A stretch of 61,312 bases of DNA. Origin: Candidatus Methylomirabilia bacterium (GTDB lineage: Bacteria; Methylomirabilota; Methylomirabilia; Rokubacteriales; CSP1-6). The DNA lies in assembly GCA_041496385.1 (NCBI GenBank), contig JBGQEL010000017.1:1-61312 (forward strand), given 5' to 3'. Each line of letters begins with the position of its first letter. Position 1 is the first letter of the stretch. The position numbers and the translations under genes are program-made. Of this stretch, positions 9,606-19,406 are shown one piece after another. The notes under the pieces are model-generated. The model had not been told where the DNA came from. It worked only from the letters and a program-made list of their open reading frames with translations, and searched no databases.

Positions 9606-9884
9606 TCAGCGCCCTCCGGCGATCGCGGGCACGATCGAGACCTGGTCGCCGTCCTTCAGCGCGGTCTTCTGCGACTGGAGGAACCGGATGTCCTCTTCGT
9701 TGACGTAGATGTTGATGAACCGCCGCAGCTCGCCCGTCTCGTCGAGAAGCCGCTCCTTCAGCCCCGGGTACTGCCGTTCGAGGTCCTCGACGAGCCCCGC
9801 GACCGTGGTGGCCGTCGCCTGGATCTCGGGGTTGCCCTTCGTGAGCGAACGCAGGGGCGTGGGAATCCTGACGAGCACCGGCAT
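9606..9884 (-). CDS. MoaD/ThiS-family ubiquitin-like sulfur carrier
   Basis: VRIPTPLR, RRFINIYVNEEDIRF, C-terminal IVPAIAGG-R. Confidence 0.92.
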   Translation of the reverse strand: MPVLVRIPTPLRSLTKGNPEIQATATTVAGLVEDLERQYPGLKERLLDETGELRRFINIYVNEEDIRFLQSQKTALKDGDQVSIVPAIAGGR

Positions 9885-9896
9885 GGCGCGTTCCTC

Positions 9897-11144
<1,248 letters not shown>

Positions 11145-11213
11145 CGTGCCGTCTCCATCGGTAGGGGAATTGAGCCCCGAGTTTTGTTGCACCGACAGCC
11201 AGACATTTCCATC

Positions 11214-11242
11214 ACTTAACACTCAACGCCGAGTGAAGTCAA
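11214..11242 (-). promoter_or_regulatory. Sigma70-type promoter for the thrC-like operon
   Basis: TTGACT-N17-TTAAGT on minus strand; spacer holds inverted repeat CACTC-N6-GAGTG. Confidence 0.5.
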
Positions 11243-11261
11243 TCGCGTATCATCCCCCACC

Positions 11262-13199
11262 GTGACTCGCCGCGAGGCCGTTCCCGCGCTGCTGCTCCTC
11301 GCGTACGGCGTCTGGTTCGCCTCCCGCGCGCTCGGCGCCCAGCTCCTCGTATTCGACGACCACCCCGGCCAGCTCTTTCGCGCCTGGCACGTCGTGGCGC
11401 GCGGCGCCGCGCCGTGGGCGTGGGAGCCCGGCTGGTGGACGGGTTATCCGGAGCTCCAGTTCTATCCGCCCGGCCTCGCGTATGCGGGCGCGCTGCTCCA
11501 CCGGCTCTCGCTGGGGACGCTCCCCCTCGCCGCCGCGTACCAGACGCTGCTCTGGCTTGCCTACCTGGCGCCCGGCGTGACCACCTTCGTGCTCCTCGCG
11601 CGGATCACGCGGAGCGGCTGGGCGGCCCTGCCCGCCGCGTTCGTGGTGCTGACGTTTGCCGGGGGCGCGCCGGGCATCGCGAGCGGCGTCGAGGGCGGCG
11701 TGCATATCGGGATGGTCGGCGCGCGGCTCGCGTGGGCGCTCCTGCCGCTCCTCCTGCTCGTTCTCCTGAGGTGGATCGAGGAGGCCGGCCGCCTCCCGTG
11801 GCTCCTGGCACCGCTCGTCGCGACGATCGTCCTCACCCACCCGGCCGCACTCCCCGCCGCCGTGGTGTTGACGCTCCTCGCCGCGCACGCGGCGGCGCCG
11901 CGTGGCGCGCGCCTCTCCCGGGCATTCGGCGGCCTCGCCCTCGCGGCCGGGCTCACGGCGTTCTGGACGCTGCCGCTCGTCCTGCGGCTCGAGCATACCC
12001 GCGCGCTCGCCTGGGGCGAGCTGAGCCTCGCCGGACTCGCCCGCGCGTTCACCACCCAGCCGCTGCTTCCCGTCCTCGTCGCCGCGGCCGTGCTCGCCGT
12101 CTTCGCGCGCCGCGATCCGTCGGCGTCCGGGACGCGATCGGAGACCGTCGTCGCGCGCTTTCTTCCGGCGATGATCGGCGTGACGCTCACCGACCGGGTG
12201 GTGCTGGAGCCCATGGGGATCCGCTGGCTGCCGGCCGACCGTGTCGCCGATGGCGCCTGGCTGGCGCTGGTCCTCGCGGCGGGGGTCGGCTGGGCGCGCG
12301 TGTGCCGTCGCGTCGGCCGCGACGGAGCGCTCTCGCTGGGGGCGCTCGCCCTGGTCGTCCTGCTCTCCCTCCCCGGCGGCACGCTCGTCCTCGTGCGCCA
12401 GCCGGCGGAGTGGCCGAAGCTCGAGGCCACCGTGCGCGGGCTCCGGCTCGAGCATCTCTGGGATCTTTTGCGCCGCGTCCCCGACGGACGGATTCTCTTC
12501 TTCCGCTCTTCGGTGCCGCTGGTTCACGGGACCGCCTGGTGGCGTCCCCACACGCACATCCTCGCGCTGACGCCGATGACGACCGGGCGCGCGATCGTCA
12601 ACGGGACCTTCACGCACCCGTCGCCCGTCGCCGCGCTGGTCTATCGGGGCGACGCGGGACCGGGAGCCCTCACGTCGCTTGCCGAGACGCGCGACGGTGT
12701 CTCGCTGTTCGGCCGATCGCTCGCCACCCTCGACGCGGACGCGTTCAACGCCCGCGCCGAGCGTCTCGCCGTGAGCGCGGTGGTCGTGCTGGAGGACGAC
12801 CTCCCGGGCGTGCGGGCGCTCGAGGACAATCCCGTCTTCCCTCAGCGGCTTGCCTCGCCGCCCTTCGTCGTCTTCCAGCGCAGCACACCAGTCGAGCTCC
12901 CGCGCGAGCTCGATCCCAGCCGGTGGACGTTCCAGGCGCCGGGCGAGGGCTGGATCGGTGCCCGCTTGGCGTACTACCCGCTCTGGACGGCGAGCGCCGG
13001 CGGCGCTCCGCTCGCGGTACGCCGCGGCCGGGACGGAGGGCTGGAGGTGCGGGCGCCGCGACGCGGCGCCACGATCGAGCTGGCCTACCGTCCGGGTCTT
13101 CCGGAGAAGCTGGGGCTCGTCGTGAGCGGCGGCGCCATTCTCGTCTGCGCGGCGCTCGCGCGCCGCCGGCGCGCTATTCCGGTCCCACCGTGTGCGTGA
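11262..13199 (+). CDS. Multi-TM membrane protein, PTPS-related/YfhO-like (putative GT-C glycosyltransferase)
   Basis: DDHPGQ and GYPELQFYPPG near the N-terminus, many TM helices, C-terminal YYPLW motif plus final TM. Confidence 0.6.
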   Translation: MTRREAVPALLLLAYGVWFASRALGAQLLVFDDHPGQLFRAWHVVARGAAPWAWEPGWWTGYPELQFYPPGLAYAGALLHRLSLGTLPLAAAYQTLLWLAYLAPGVTTFVLLARITRSGWAALPAAFVVLTFAGGAPGIASGVEGGVHIGMVGARLAWALLPLLLLVLLRWIEEAGRLPWLLAPLVATIVLTHPAALPAAVVLTLLAAHAAAPRGARLSRAFGGLALAAGLTAFWTLPLVLRLEHTRALAWGELSLAGLARAFTTQPLLPVLVAAAVLAVFARRDPSASGTRSETVVARFLPAMIGVTLTDRVVLEPMGIRWLPADRVADGAWLALVLAAGVGWARVCRRVGRDGALSLGALALVVLLSLPGGTLVLVRQPAEWPKLEATVRGLRLEHLWDLLRRVPDGRILFFRSSVPLVHGTAWWRPHTHILALTPMTTGRAIVNGTFTHPSPVAALVYRGDAGPGALTSLAETRDGVSLFGRSLATLDADAFNARAERLAVSAVVVLEDDLPGVRALEDNPVFPQRLASPPFVVFQRSTPVELPRELDPSRWTFQAPGEGWIGARLAYYPLWTASAGGAPLAVRRGRDGGLEVRAPRRGATIELAYRPGLPEKLGLVVSGGAILVCAALARRRRAIPVPPCA

Positions 13200-14526
13200 A
13201 GAGCATCGCGCCGTTCACGTCGAGGAGGCGGACGACGAGGCTCCCGGGCTCGATCACGACCTCGCCGAAGGTGTAGACGCCCCCGCGCGCGAAGAGCGAG
13301 CGCGGGTTGAGCGCCTGGTCGAGCGGGCGGGGCCGGCCCGTCGAGGCCGAGAGCGGCCCCGCGACGAACTCGTGAAACGACCATTCCGGCGTCGGGTGGT
13401 GGCGGATCAGCTCGGCGTGGTGCACGTCGGCCACCAGGAAGACGAGGTTCTTGACGCCGCGCGCGCGCAGCGATCTCAGGATCGCGTCGCGCTCGACGGC
13501 GAAGCCCGTGCCGCCCTCCTGTGGCGTGCCGTACACGTTCGCGTTGGACCACGAGTCCCGCCGCTCCGGCTTTCCCGTCGGGATCGAGAGCGGCACGCTC
13601 GAGACGACCATCTTCCAGACCGCGGTCGACGTCGATACGTTGTCCACGAGCCAACGCCGCTGGGCGGCGCCCAGCATCGTTTTGCCCGGGCCATCAGTCT
13701 GCGTGTTCGGGCTCCGGTACTGACGCGTGTCGAGGATGAAGATCTCGAGGAGGCGGCCCCAGCGGAACTTACGGTAGAGACGGTTGGGCTCGTCGTCGGG
13801 CGGAATGATGGGGAAGTATTCGAGGAACGCGCGCCGGCCGGTGGGCATCAGCGGGTCGCTGGGCCCCGAGAAGTCGTTGCGTACCTCGTGGTCGTCCCAG
13901 ATCGCGTACACCGCGGTCGTGCGGAAGAACGCCTGGACCGCGGGCTCCTCGCGGTTGTAGCGGTGACGCCCGCGGTACTCGCCGAGCGAGCGCGCGACGA
14001 AGTTCGCGCCCGGGAGGACGCCGGGCGTGTCGCACTTCACGTCGGCGTAGATCGTGTCACCCTCGAAGAGGAAGAAGTCGGGCTTGTGGCGCGCCATCGC
14101 GCGGAAGATCGGGTAGCCGCCGTCGATCAGCCGGCAGCGGCCGCCGCCGCCCAGGTCGCCGCTCCAGAGGAAGTGCACACGCGTCGCCTGGTCCGCCATG
14201 GGCGCGGTGACGAACTCGCCGGTGACGCTCTCGCCCGCCGCGCGGATCTCCCACGTATAGCGCGTGGCCGGTGTGAGACCCGCCAGCGGCACCTTGACGG
14301 TCTGGTCACCGCGCTTGGTGGCGCGCGCGGTGGCTGTGATGGCGGTGCCGCCCGCCGACGGGCGCGCCTCCACGCCGACGGTGGTCTCGCCGGCCGGCCG
14401 CGCCCAGACCACGGCCGTCGTGGAGCTGACGTCCCCGACGGTGACGAGGAGGCCCGGCCCGGCGGCGGCACCGCCCGCCAGGAGCCCCGCGGCGAGCGCG
14501 AGCGCCGCGGTGAGCCGTCGCCTCAC
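13174..14526 (-). CDS. phoD: Alkaline phosphatase D family protein
   Basis: Signal peptide; GDTIYAD, IWDDHEV, LDTRQYR, DVHHA. Confidence 0.88.
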   Translation of the reverse strand: MRRRLTAALALAAGLLAGGAAAGPGLLVTVGDVSSTTAVVWARPAGETTVGVEARPSAGGTAITATARATKRGDQTVKVPLAGLTPATRYTWEIRAAGESVTGEFVTAPMADQATRVHFLWSGDLGGGGRCRLIDGGYPIFRAMARHKPDFFLFEGDTIYADVKCDTPGVLPGANFVARSLGEYRGRHRYNREEPAVQAFFRTTAVYAIWDDHEVRNDFSGPSDPLMPTGRRAFLEYFPIIPPDDEPNRLYRKFRWGRLLEIFILDTRQYRSPNTQTDGPGKTMLGAAQRRWLVDNVSTSTAVWKMVVSSVPLSIPTGKPERRDSWSNANVYGTPQEGGTGFAVERDAILRSLRARGVKNLVFLVADVHHAELIRHHPTPEWSFHEFVAGPLSASTGRPRPLDQALNPRSLFARGGVYTFGEVVIEPGSLVVRLLDVNGAMLFTHTVGPE

Positions 14527-14539
14527 GCTCGGGCGCGCC

Positions 14540-15451
14540 TCAGACGAGCGGATCGTAGTTGAAGTACTGGCCCGAGGTCATGAGCGGGACCAGATGGTGC
14601 TGGAGCGTGCCTGGGAAGATCGCGGCGAGGCTCTCCGGGGTCCAGCCCCCGTCGCTGTGCACGCGCATGATCGGGCGCTCGTGGCCGAAGAGCATCAGCT
14701 CCTTGCCGCGCACGCCGAAGACCTGGCCGCTCACGTCCTTGGCCGCCTCGGAGGCCAGGAAGACGGCGACCGGCGCGATGTGGGCGGGCGACATCTTCTT
14801 GATCTTCTCGACGCGCGCCTTCTGCGCCTCGGTCTCCGCCGGGATCGTGCCGATCATGCGCGTCCAGGCGAAGGGCGAGATGCAGTTCGCCGTCACGTTG
14901 TAGCGTCCCATGTCGAGCGCCGTCGCCTTGGTGAGGCCGAAGATGCCGAGCTTGGCGGCGGCGTAGTTCGCCTGGCCCACGTTGCCGATGAGGCCCGAGG
15001 TGGACGTCATGTTGATGAAGCGCCCCGACTTCTGCTCGCGCATGATCGGCGCCGCCGCCCGGGTCACCGCGAAGGTCCCCTTGAGATGCGTGTTGATGAC
15101 CGCGTCCCACTCCTCCTCGGTCATGTTGAAGATCATGCGGTCGCGGAGGATGCCCGCGTTGTTCACGACGATGTCGATGCGCCCGAAGGCGTCTACCGCG
15201 GTCTTGACGATCGCCTGGCCGCCGGCCATCGAGGCCACCGAGTCGTAGTTGGCGGCCGCCTGGCCGCCGGCCTTCTTGATCTCGTCCACGACGTCGTCGG
15301 CCGGCGCGCGCGAGGTGCCACTGCCGGCCTCCGAGCCGCCGTAGTCGTTCACGACCACCTGCGCGCCGTGACGCGCCATGAGCATGGCGATCTCGCGCCC
15401 GATGCCGCGCGCCGCGCCCGTCACCACCGCGACCTTGCCCTTGAGCATCAT
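14540..15451 (-). CDS. SDR oxidoreductase (hydroxyacyl-CoA dehydrogenase-like)
   Basis: TGAARGIG, VVNDYG, NNAGILRD, GNVGQANYAAAK. Confidence 0.9.
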   Translation of the reverse strand: MMLKGKVAVVTGAARGIGREIAMLMARHGAQVVVNDYGGSEAGSGTSRAPADDVVDEIKKAGGQAAANYDSVASMAGGQAIVKTAVDAFGRIDIVVNNAGILRDRMIFNMTEEEWDAVINTHLKGTFAVTRAAAPIMREQKSGRFINMTSTSGLIGNVGQANYAAAKLGIFGLTKATALDMGRYNVTANCISPFAWTRMIGTIPAETEAQKARVEKIKKMSPAHIAPVAVFLASEAAKDVSGQVFGVRGKELMLFGHERPIMRVHSDGGWTPESLAAIFPGTLQHHLVPLMTSGQYFNYDPLV

Positions 15452-15513
15452 GCGTCGATCCCCCCCGGCCATCGAGTGAGAAGCGGCGATCACGATAGCA
15501 CAGCCACGCGCGC

Positions 15514-16311
15514 TCAGCCCCGGCGCGCGTCGAGCGCGGCCACGAAGGCGCCGGAGAAGACGAAGACCACGGCCGAGTAGTAGACGAACATCGTGAAGGC
15601 GACCAGGATGCCGAGGGCGCCGTAGATCTGATCGTAGACGCCGACCTGCTGGATGTAGACGCGGAAGAGCTGCTTGGCGACCTCCCACAGCAGGCTCGCG
15701 AGGATCGCGCCGGCGATCGCGGCAGCCGGCCGGACCCGGCGCCGGGGCACGAAGCGGTAGGCCAGGTAGAACATGAGCGTCGAGAGCAGCAGGCTCAGCC
15801 CGAGCGAGGAGATCTCGAACCATCGCGGCGGCACCGGGAGCGCGCCGAGCGCGAGCGCCCGGAACCAGTGATAGATCCAGGTCACCGCGCTCGCCACGAA
15901 GAGCAGGAGGCTCAGCAGGACGACCATCCCCGCGTCGGTCACGAGGTTGCGGACAAAGCCGCCGCCCCCCTTCACGCCGAGGAGGCGGTGGAGGACGAGC
16001 CGCGAGGCGCCGAAGAGCGGTGTCGCGAAGAGGATCAGCACCCCCGTGCCGACGAGCCCGGAGGCCGCGCGCGCCTGGACGATGCGGACGAGCGACCGCT
16101 CGATTTGCCTCTGGTAGACCGGAAAGTGCTGGGTGAGCTGATGGACGACCTCGCGGGCGGCCTGCTCTGTGGAGAGCACGAACCCGACGACGGAGACCCC
16201 CAGGAGCAGGATCGGGATCAGCGTGACCAGGAAGAAGAACGCGAGCCCGGCGCTGAGGAAGAGGCCGTCCGCGGCGAAGAAGCGCGAGACCGCGCCGCCG
16301 CCCGTGCTCAC
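15514..16311 (-). CDS. YihY/BrkB family inner-membrane protein
   Basis: Start GTG 16311 overlaps the upstream stop. LSAGLAFFFL, YRFVP, LWEVAK, IYGALG. Confidence 0.82.
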   Translation of the reverse strand: MSTGGGAVSRFFAADGLFLSAGLAFFFLVTLIPILLLGVSVVGFVLSTEQAAREVVHQLTQHFPVYQRQIERSLVRIVQARAASGLVGTGVLILFATPLFGASRLVLHRLLGVKGGGGFVRNLVTDAGMVVLLSLLLFVASAVTWIYHWFRALALGALPVPPRWFEISSLGLSLLLSTLMFYLAYRFVPRRRVRPAAAIAGAILASLLWEVAKQLFRVYIQQVGVYDQIYGALGILVAFTMFVYYSAVVFVFSGAFVAALDARRG

Positions 16312-17213
16312 AACTGCCGGAAGAAGTGGGCCCGGTCGCCCCCCTTCACCTCGCACCGGCGCATCTTGCTGTCGCGCATCACCTCGAGGGTGAGCGGCTC
16401 GCCCGGCTCGTGGCGCCAGAGGGACATGTAGAGCTCGCGCCGCGTGGCGACTTCCTCGGCGTTGAGCGAGACGATCACGTCGCCCTCCCGCAGCCCACCC
16501 CGGTCGCCCGGTCCGTCCGGGACGATGCCGGCGATGACCACGCCCTCCTCGAGGGCGTGGGCGAAGACGCCGAGCCACGCGCGGCGCGGCCGGCTGACCA
16601 CGCGTCCGTAGCGCAGCAGCTCCTGCGCGTGCTGGCGATAGCAGTCCACCGGGATCGCCAGCGAGCTCCGCGCGATCTCGTTGAGGGTCAGGTAGACTAC
16701 GCCCACCATCGTACCGGCCGGCGTGAAGAGGCCGCCGCCGCCGAAGCCCGGGTTCGCGGCATTCGACACGACGCCGCGCTCGAGCAGGTATTCCCAGTAC
16801 GCCTCGAACTCGCCGAGGTAGGTCACGAGCCCCCCGGCCACGCGCCGTTCCTGGGCGGCGATCGCGGCGAGCGCGATGACCGGAGCGCCACGCTCGATAG
16901 CCTCGCCGTCGCCGAGCGCGGCCGCCTGGAGCCCCTGACGCTTCACGCGCACGAGGCCGAGGCCGACCTCGAAGTCCTGCGCCACGATTTCCGCCTTCGC
17001 CCGCCGGCCCTTCGCGAAGGACACGTCGATCGCCTGCGCGCCCATGATGACGTAGTTCACCGTCAGGATCAGCCCCGAGGCGTCCACCACGACGCCGCTG
17101 CCGAAGCGCTCGTCGCCCAGGATTCGTGCGGACGGATGATCGCGCGGCACCGTGACGCGGAGGTGGACCACAGACTGCAGGAGGTGCTTGACCAGCTCGA
17201 CCGAGACGTCCAT
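16308..17213 (-). CDS. S1C/HtrA-like trypsin-fold + PDZ protein, catalytic triad absent
   Basis: GSGVVVD..GLILT trypsin-like N-terminus; RAWLGV..GPGDRGGLREGDVI PDZ domain. Confidence 0.8.
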   Translation of the reverse strand: MDVSVELVKHLLQSVVHLRVTVPRDHPSARILGDERFGSGVVVDASGLILTVNYVIMGAQAIDVSFAKGRRAKAEIVAQDFEVGLGLVRVKRQGLQAAALGDGEAIERGAPVIALAAIAAQERRVAGGLVTYLGEFEAYWEYLLERGVVSNAANPGFGGGGLFTPAGTMVGVVYLTLNEIARSSLAIPVDCYRQHAQELLRYGRVVSRPRRAWLGVFAHALEEGVVIAGIVPDGPGDRGGLREGDVIVSLNAEEVATRRELYMSLWRHEPGEPLTLEVMRDSKMRRCEVKGGDRAHFFRQL

Positions 17214-17222
17214 GGCGCGTCG

Positions 17223-18068
17223 CTACCTGGGCTTCAGGTGCCGGGCGAAGAAGGTCGCCACCCGGCGCCGCGCGTCGGCGAAGGCGCTCGCGTCGAAGCC
17301 GACCGTCGCCCCGCAGCACTCGCCGGGCTTGTTCCGGTTCCCGACTTCCGGGAGGTAGGCGAGCCTCTGGTCCGGCACGTCGAAGTAGTGATAGGCACCC
17401 GGGTAGAGCACGATCGTCGCGTCGGCGCCGCGCTGTCGCATGCGGTCCACCATCTCGACGCAGGGGCCGGGAATCGTCCAGTCGTCGGCGTCGCCCAGCA
17501 GGACGAGCAGCGGCCGGGTGACGAGCTCGCTCACGAGCGAGTAGCACCCGCCCGGATAGACGCCCACCGCGGCGGCGAAGCCCGGCTCGGGGAGCACCAC
17601 GCCGCGCCCCCGCGCGCGCTCGAGGCTCGGCCCGTTGATGACCGCGATCGCGAACACGCCGCCGTTGGACCAGCCGATCGCGCCGATGCGGACCTTGTCC
17701 ACGTAGGGCCTGGATTGCAGGAAGCGGAGCGCGCCCATGGCATCGTCGAAGCGCTCCGTGTTCGGCACGTCCGGCGTGTCGGCATCGCAGCCGTGACCGA
17801 TTCGTCGAGCGCCCCAGCTGTCCACCACCAGCGCCACGAAGCCCTGGTCGCGGAACCAGCGCGCCCACTCGTGATTGGAAGCCGAGACGCCGTGACAGCC
17901 GTGAAAGAGCACCACGGCCGGGAACGGCCCGGCGCCCTCTGGCCGGTACTCCCACGCGGGGACAGTCACCGGCGCTGCCGGCGCGGCGTTGGAGAAGCTG
18001 ATCGGGGCAGAGGCGCAGCCGGCGGACAGCGCGGCGACGAGCAGGACCACGCGGGCGCGCCGGAGCAT
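17223..18068 (-). CDS. Dienelactone hydrolase family lipoprotein
   Basis: Lipobox LSAGC; PAVVLFHGC, GWSNGG nucleophile elbow, GDADDW, YPGAYHYFD. Confidence 0.85.
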   Translation of the reverse strand: MLRRARVVLLVAALSAGCASAPISFSNAAPAAPVTVPAWEYRPEGAGPFPAVVLFHGCHGVSASNHEWARWFRDQGFVALVVDSWGARRIGHGCDADTPDVPNTERFDDAMGALRFLQSRPYVDKVRIGAIGWSNGGVFAIAVINGPSLERARGRGVVLPEPGFAAAVGVYPGGCYSLVSELVTRPLLVLLGDADDWTIPGPCVEMVDRMRQRGADATIVLYPGAYHYFDVPDQRLAYLPEVGNRNKPGECCGATVGFDASAFADARRRVATFFARHLKPR

Positions 18069-18331
18069 GCGACGAGCATACACCGGCCCCGGCGCGTGCG
18101 GATGGGGCAAGCGCGAACGGGCGGTCACCGTTCTCCGCGTCCGGATCCTGGCCACGCGGCGTGGCGCGTTCCTGGTCAAGGCCACGCCGAGGCGATCGGC
18201 GCAAGCGGATCGGCGGATGCACAGCGATGATGGCTAAGTGCTGAAGCGATCGCGGTTGTTGCCGGAATTGCGGTCCGAAGGCCGCCGTTGGTACGGTGTC
18301 TGCACCGGTTGTCTCTTCCGGGACCTCGCGA

Positions 18332-19282
18332 ATGAAGACGGCGCAGGACGTTCAGGAGAGGCCACACGGCGCGCGAAGCGCGGTTCTGGCGAGCCGCCCG
18401 ACCGCGAGGGTTCGATATGGCGCGCCGCTGGCCATCGCGCGGCCGCTCCCGCAGACGGCGCCCGCGGCGCGGGAAGGTTACTGGATCGGACGGGCCGGAA
18501 TCGCCGGCGCCCTGGCTCTGGGCACGGCCGTCGGCGTGCTGGCGATACTGCTCTTTTCGGGTGCGGGCGTCGTGTCGGTCCACGCGATGACTCGGTTCGA
18601 CAAGAACGCCCTCGCATTCGTCAACGGCTTCGCTCGGCTGTCTCCGCGGTTCGATGCGTTCATGTCGTACTTGTTCGACGCCTACCTCCTGCAGGGCGGC
18701 GTCATGATGGCCTTGTTCTGGAGCGCGTGGTTCGGAGCCGACGACACGCGGGACGCGCGTCGCAGACGCCAGACGGTGCTCTCGTCGCTGCTCGCGATGT
18801 ACACCGCCCTCCTGCTCGGCCTGGCGATCAGAGCCGCGCTCCCGTTCCGACCGAGACCGCTTCGCGATGCGTCCATCGTGTTCAATTTGCCCTTCGGCTT
18901 CGACACGCTGGGCGCGTCGACCTCGTTTCCGAGCGGCCACGCCGTTGTGTTCTTTGCCCTCGCGACCGGACTCTGGACCATCTCGAAGAGGCTCGGACTG
19001 CTCGGCAGCCTCTACGCGCTCTTGTTCGTCTGTCTGCCGCGGATGTATCTTGGCCTCCACTATCCGAGCGACATCGTGGCGGGCGCAGCGGTGGCGGTCG
19101 CGACGACGGTGGCGGTCAACCGGATGTTGCTCGGCTCGGCGTTCATCGAGCCGTTCTGGGCATGGTCGGAGAGACACCCGGCGCTCTTCAATAGCTTCTT
19201 CTTCATCGCGAGTCTCGACACGGCCATGGAGTTCTCGAACGCGAAGGCGCTGATCCGCCTCGCGACCACCCAGCTCGTCTGA
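18332..19282 (+). CDS. PAP2 family phosphatase (membrane); start uncertain
   Basis: RPRP, SFPSGHA, RMYLGLHYPSD motifs. Confidence 0.82.
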   Translation: MKTAQDVQERPHGARSAVLASRPTARVRYGAPLAIARPLPQTAPAAREGYWIGRAGIAGALALGTAVGVLAILLFSGAGVVSVHAMTRFDKNALAFVNGFARLSPRFDAFMSYLFDAYLLQGGVMMALFWSAWFGADDTRDARRRRQTVLSSLLAMYTALLLGLAIRAALPFRPRPLRDASIVFNLPFGFDTLGASTSFPSGHAVVFFALATGLWTISKRLGLLGSLYALLFVCLPRMYLGLHYPSDIVAGAAVAVATTVAVNRMLLGSAFIEPFWAWSERHPALFNSFFFIASLDTAMEFSNAKALIRLATTQLV

Positions 19283-19406
19283 GCGACCCCCTCGCCGCCG
19301 CTTCGGGTTGAGCGCGGACCGATCGCCGAGTATCCTGGCTCCGTGAGCCAGCCGGTCCGACCGATCGTCCACGTGGAGAAGGTCCTCGCCTGACCGTCGG
19401 CTCACG

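Noticed and set aside
9606..9608. TGA stop of the moaD-like gene (and of thiS) as possible selenocysteine codon
   Set aside because: The domains are complete before the stop, and there is no conserved downstream frame or Cys-equivalent position
11145..11210. SAM-I riboswitch call for the thrC-like leader
   Set aside because: Only GCAAC and AATTCC fragments are present; the AUC..GAG/kink-turn core is missing and the region is too short
15514..18222. 902-aa ORF and similar long ORF-track entries (4435-6819, 36154-38646, 40152-42602, 46576-48585, 48550-51435)
   Set aside because: These are false N-terminal extensions or shadow frames through neighbouring genes, caused by stop-codon scarcity at high GC. 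Starts were reassigned from motifs and stop/start overlaps.
18390..18440. GGTTCGAT T-loop-like sequence suggesting a tRNA
   Set aside because: No cloverleaf, acceptor stem or CCA could be built
19375..19394. prfB-like programmed +1 frameshift (SD-like GGAGAAGG, then GCC TGA C)
   Set aside because: Not called as a feature: GCC to CCT re-pairing is poor and the SD spacing differs from prfB. Kept only as one hypothesis in the findings.
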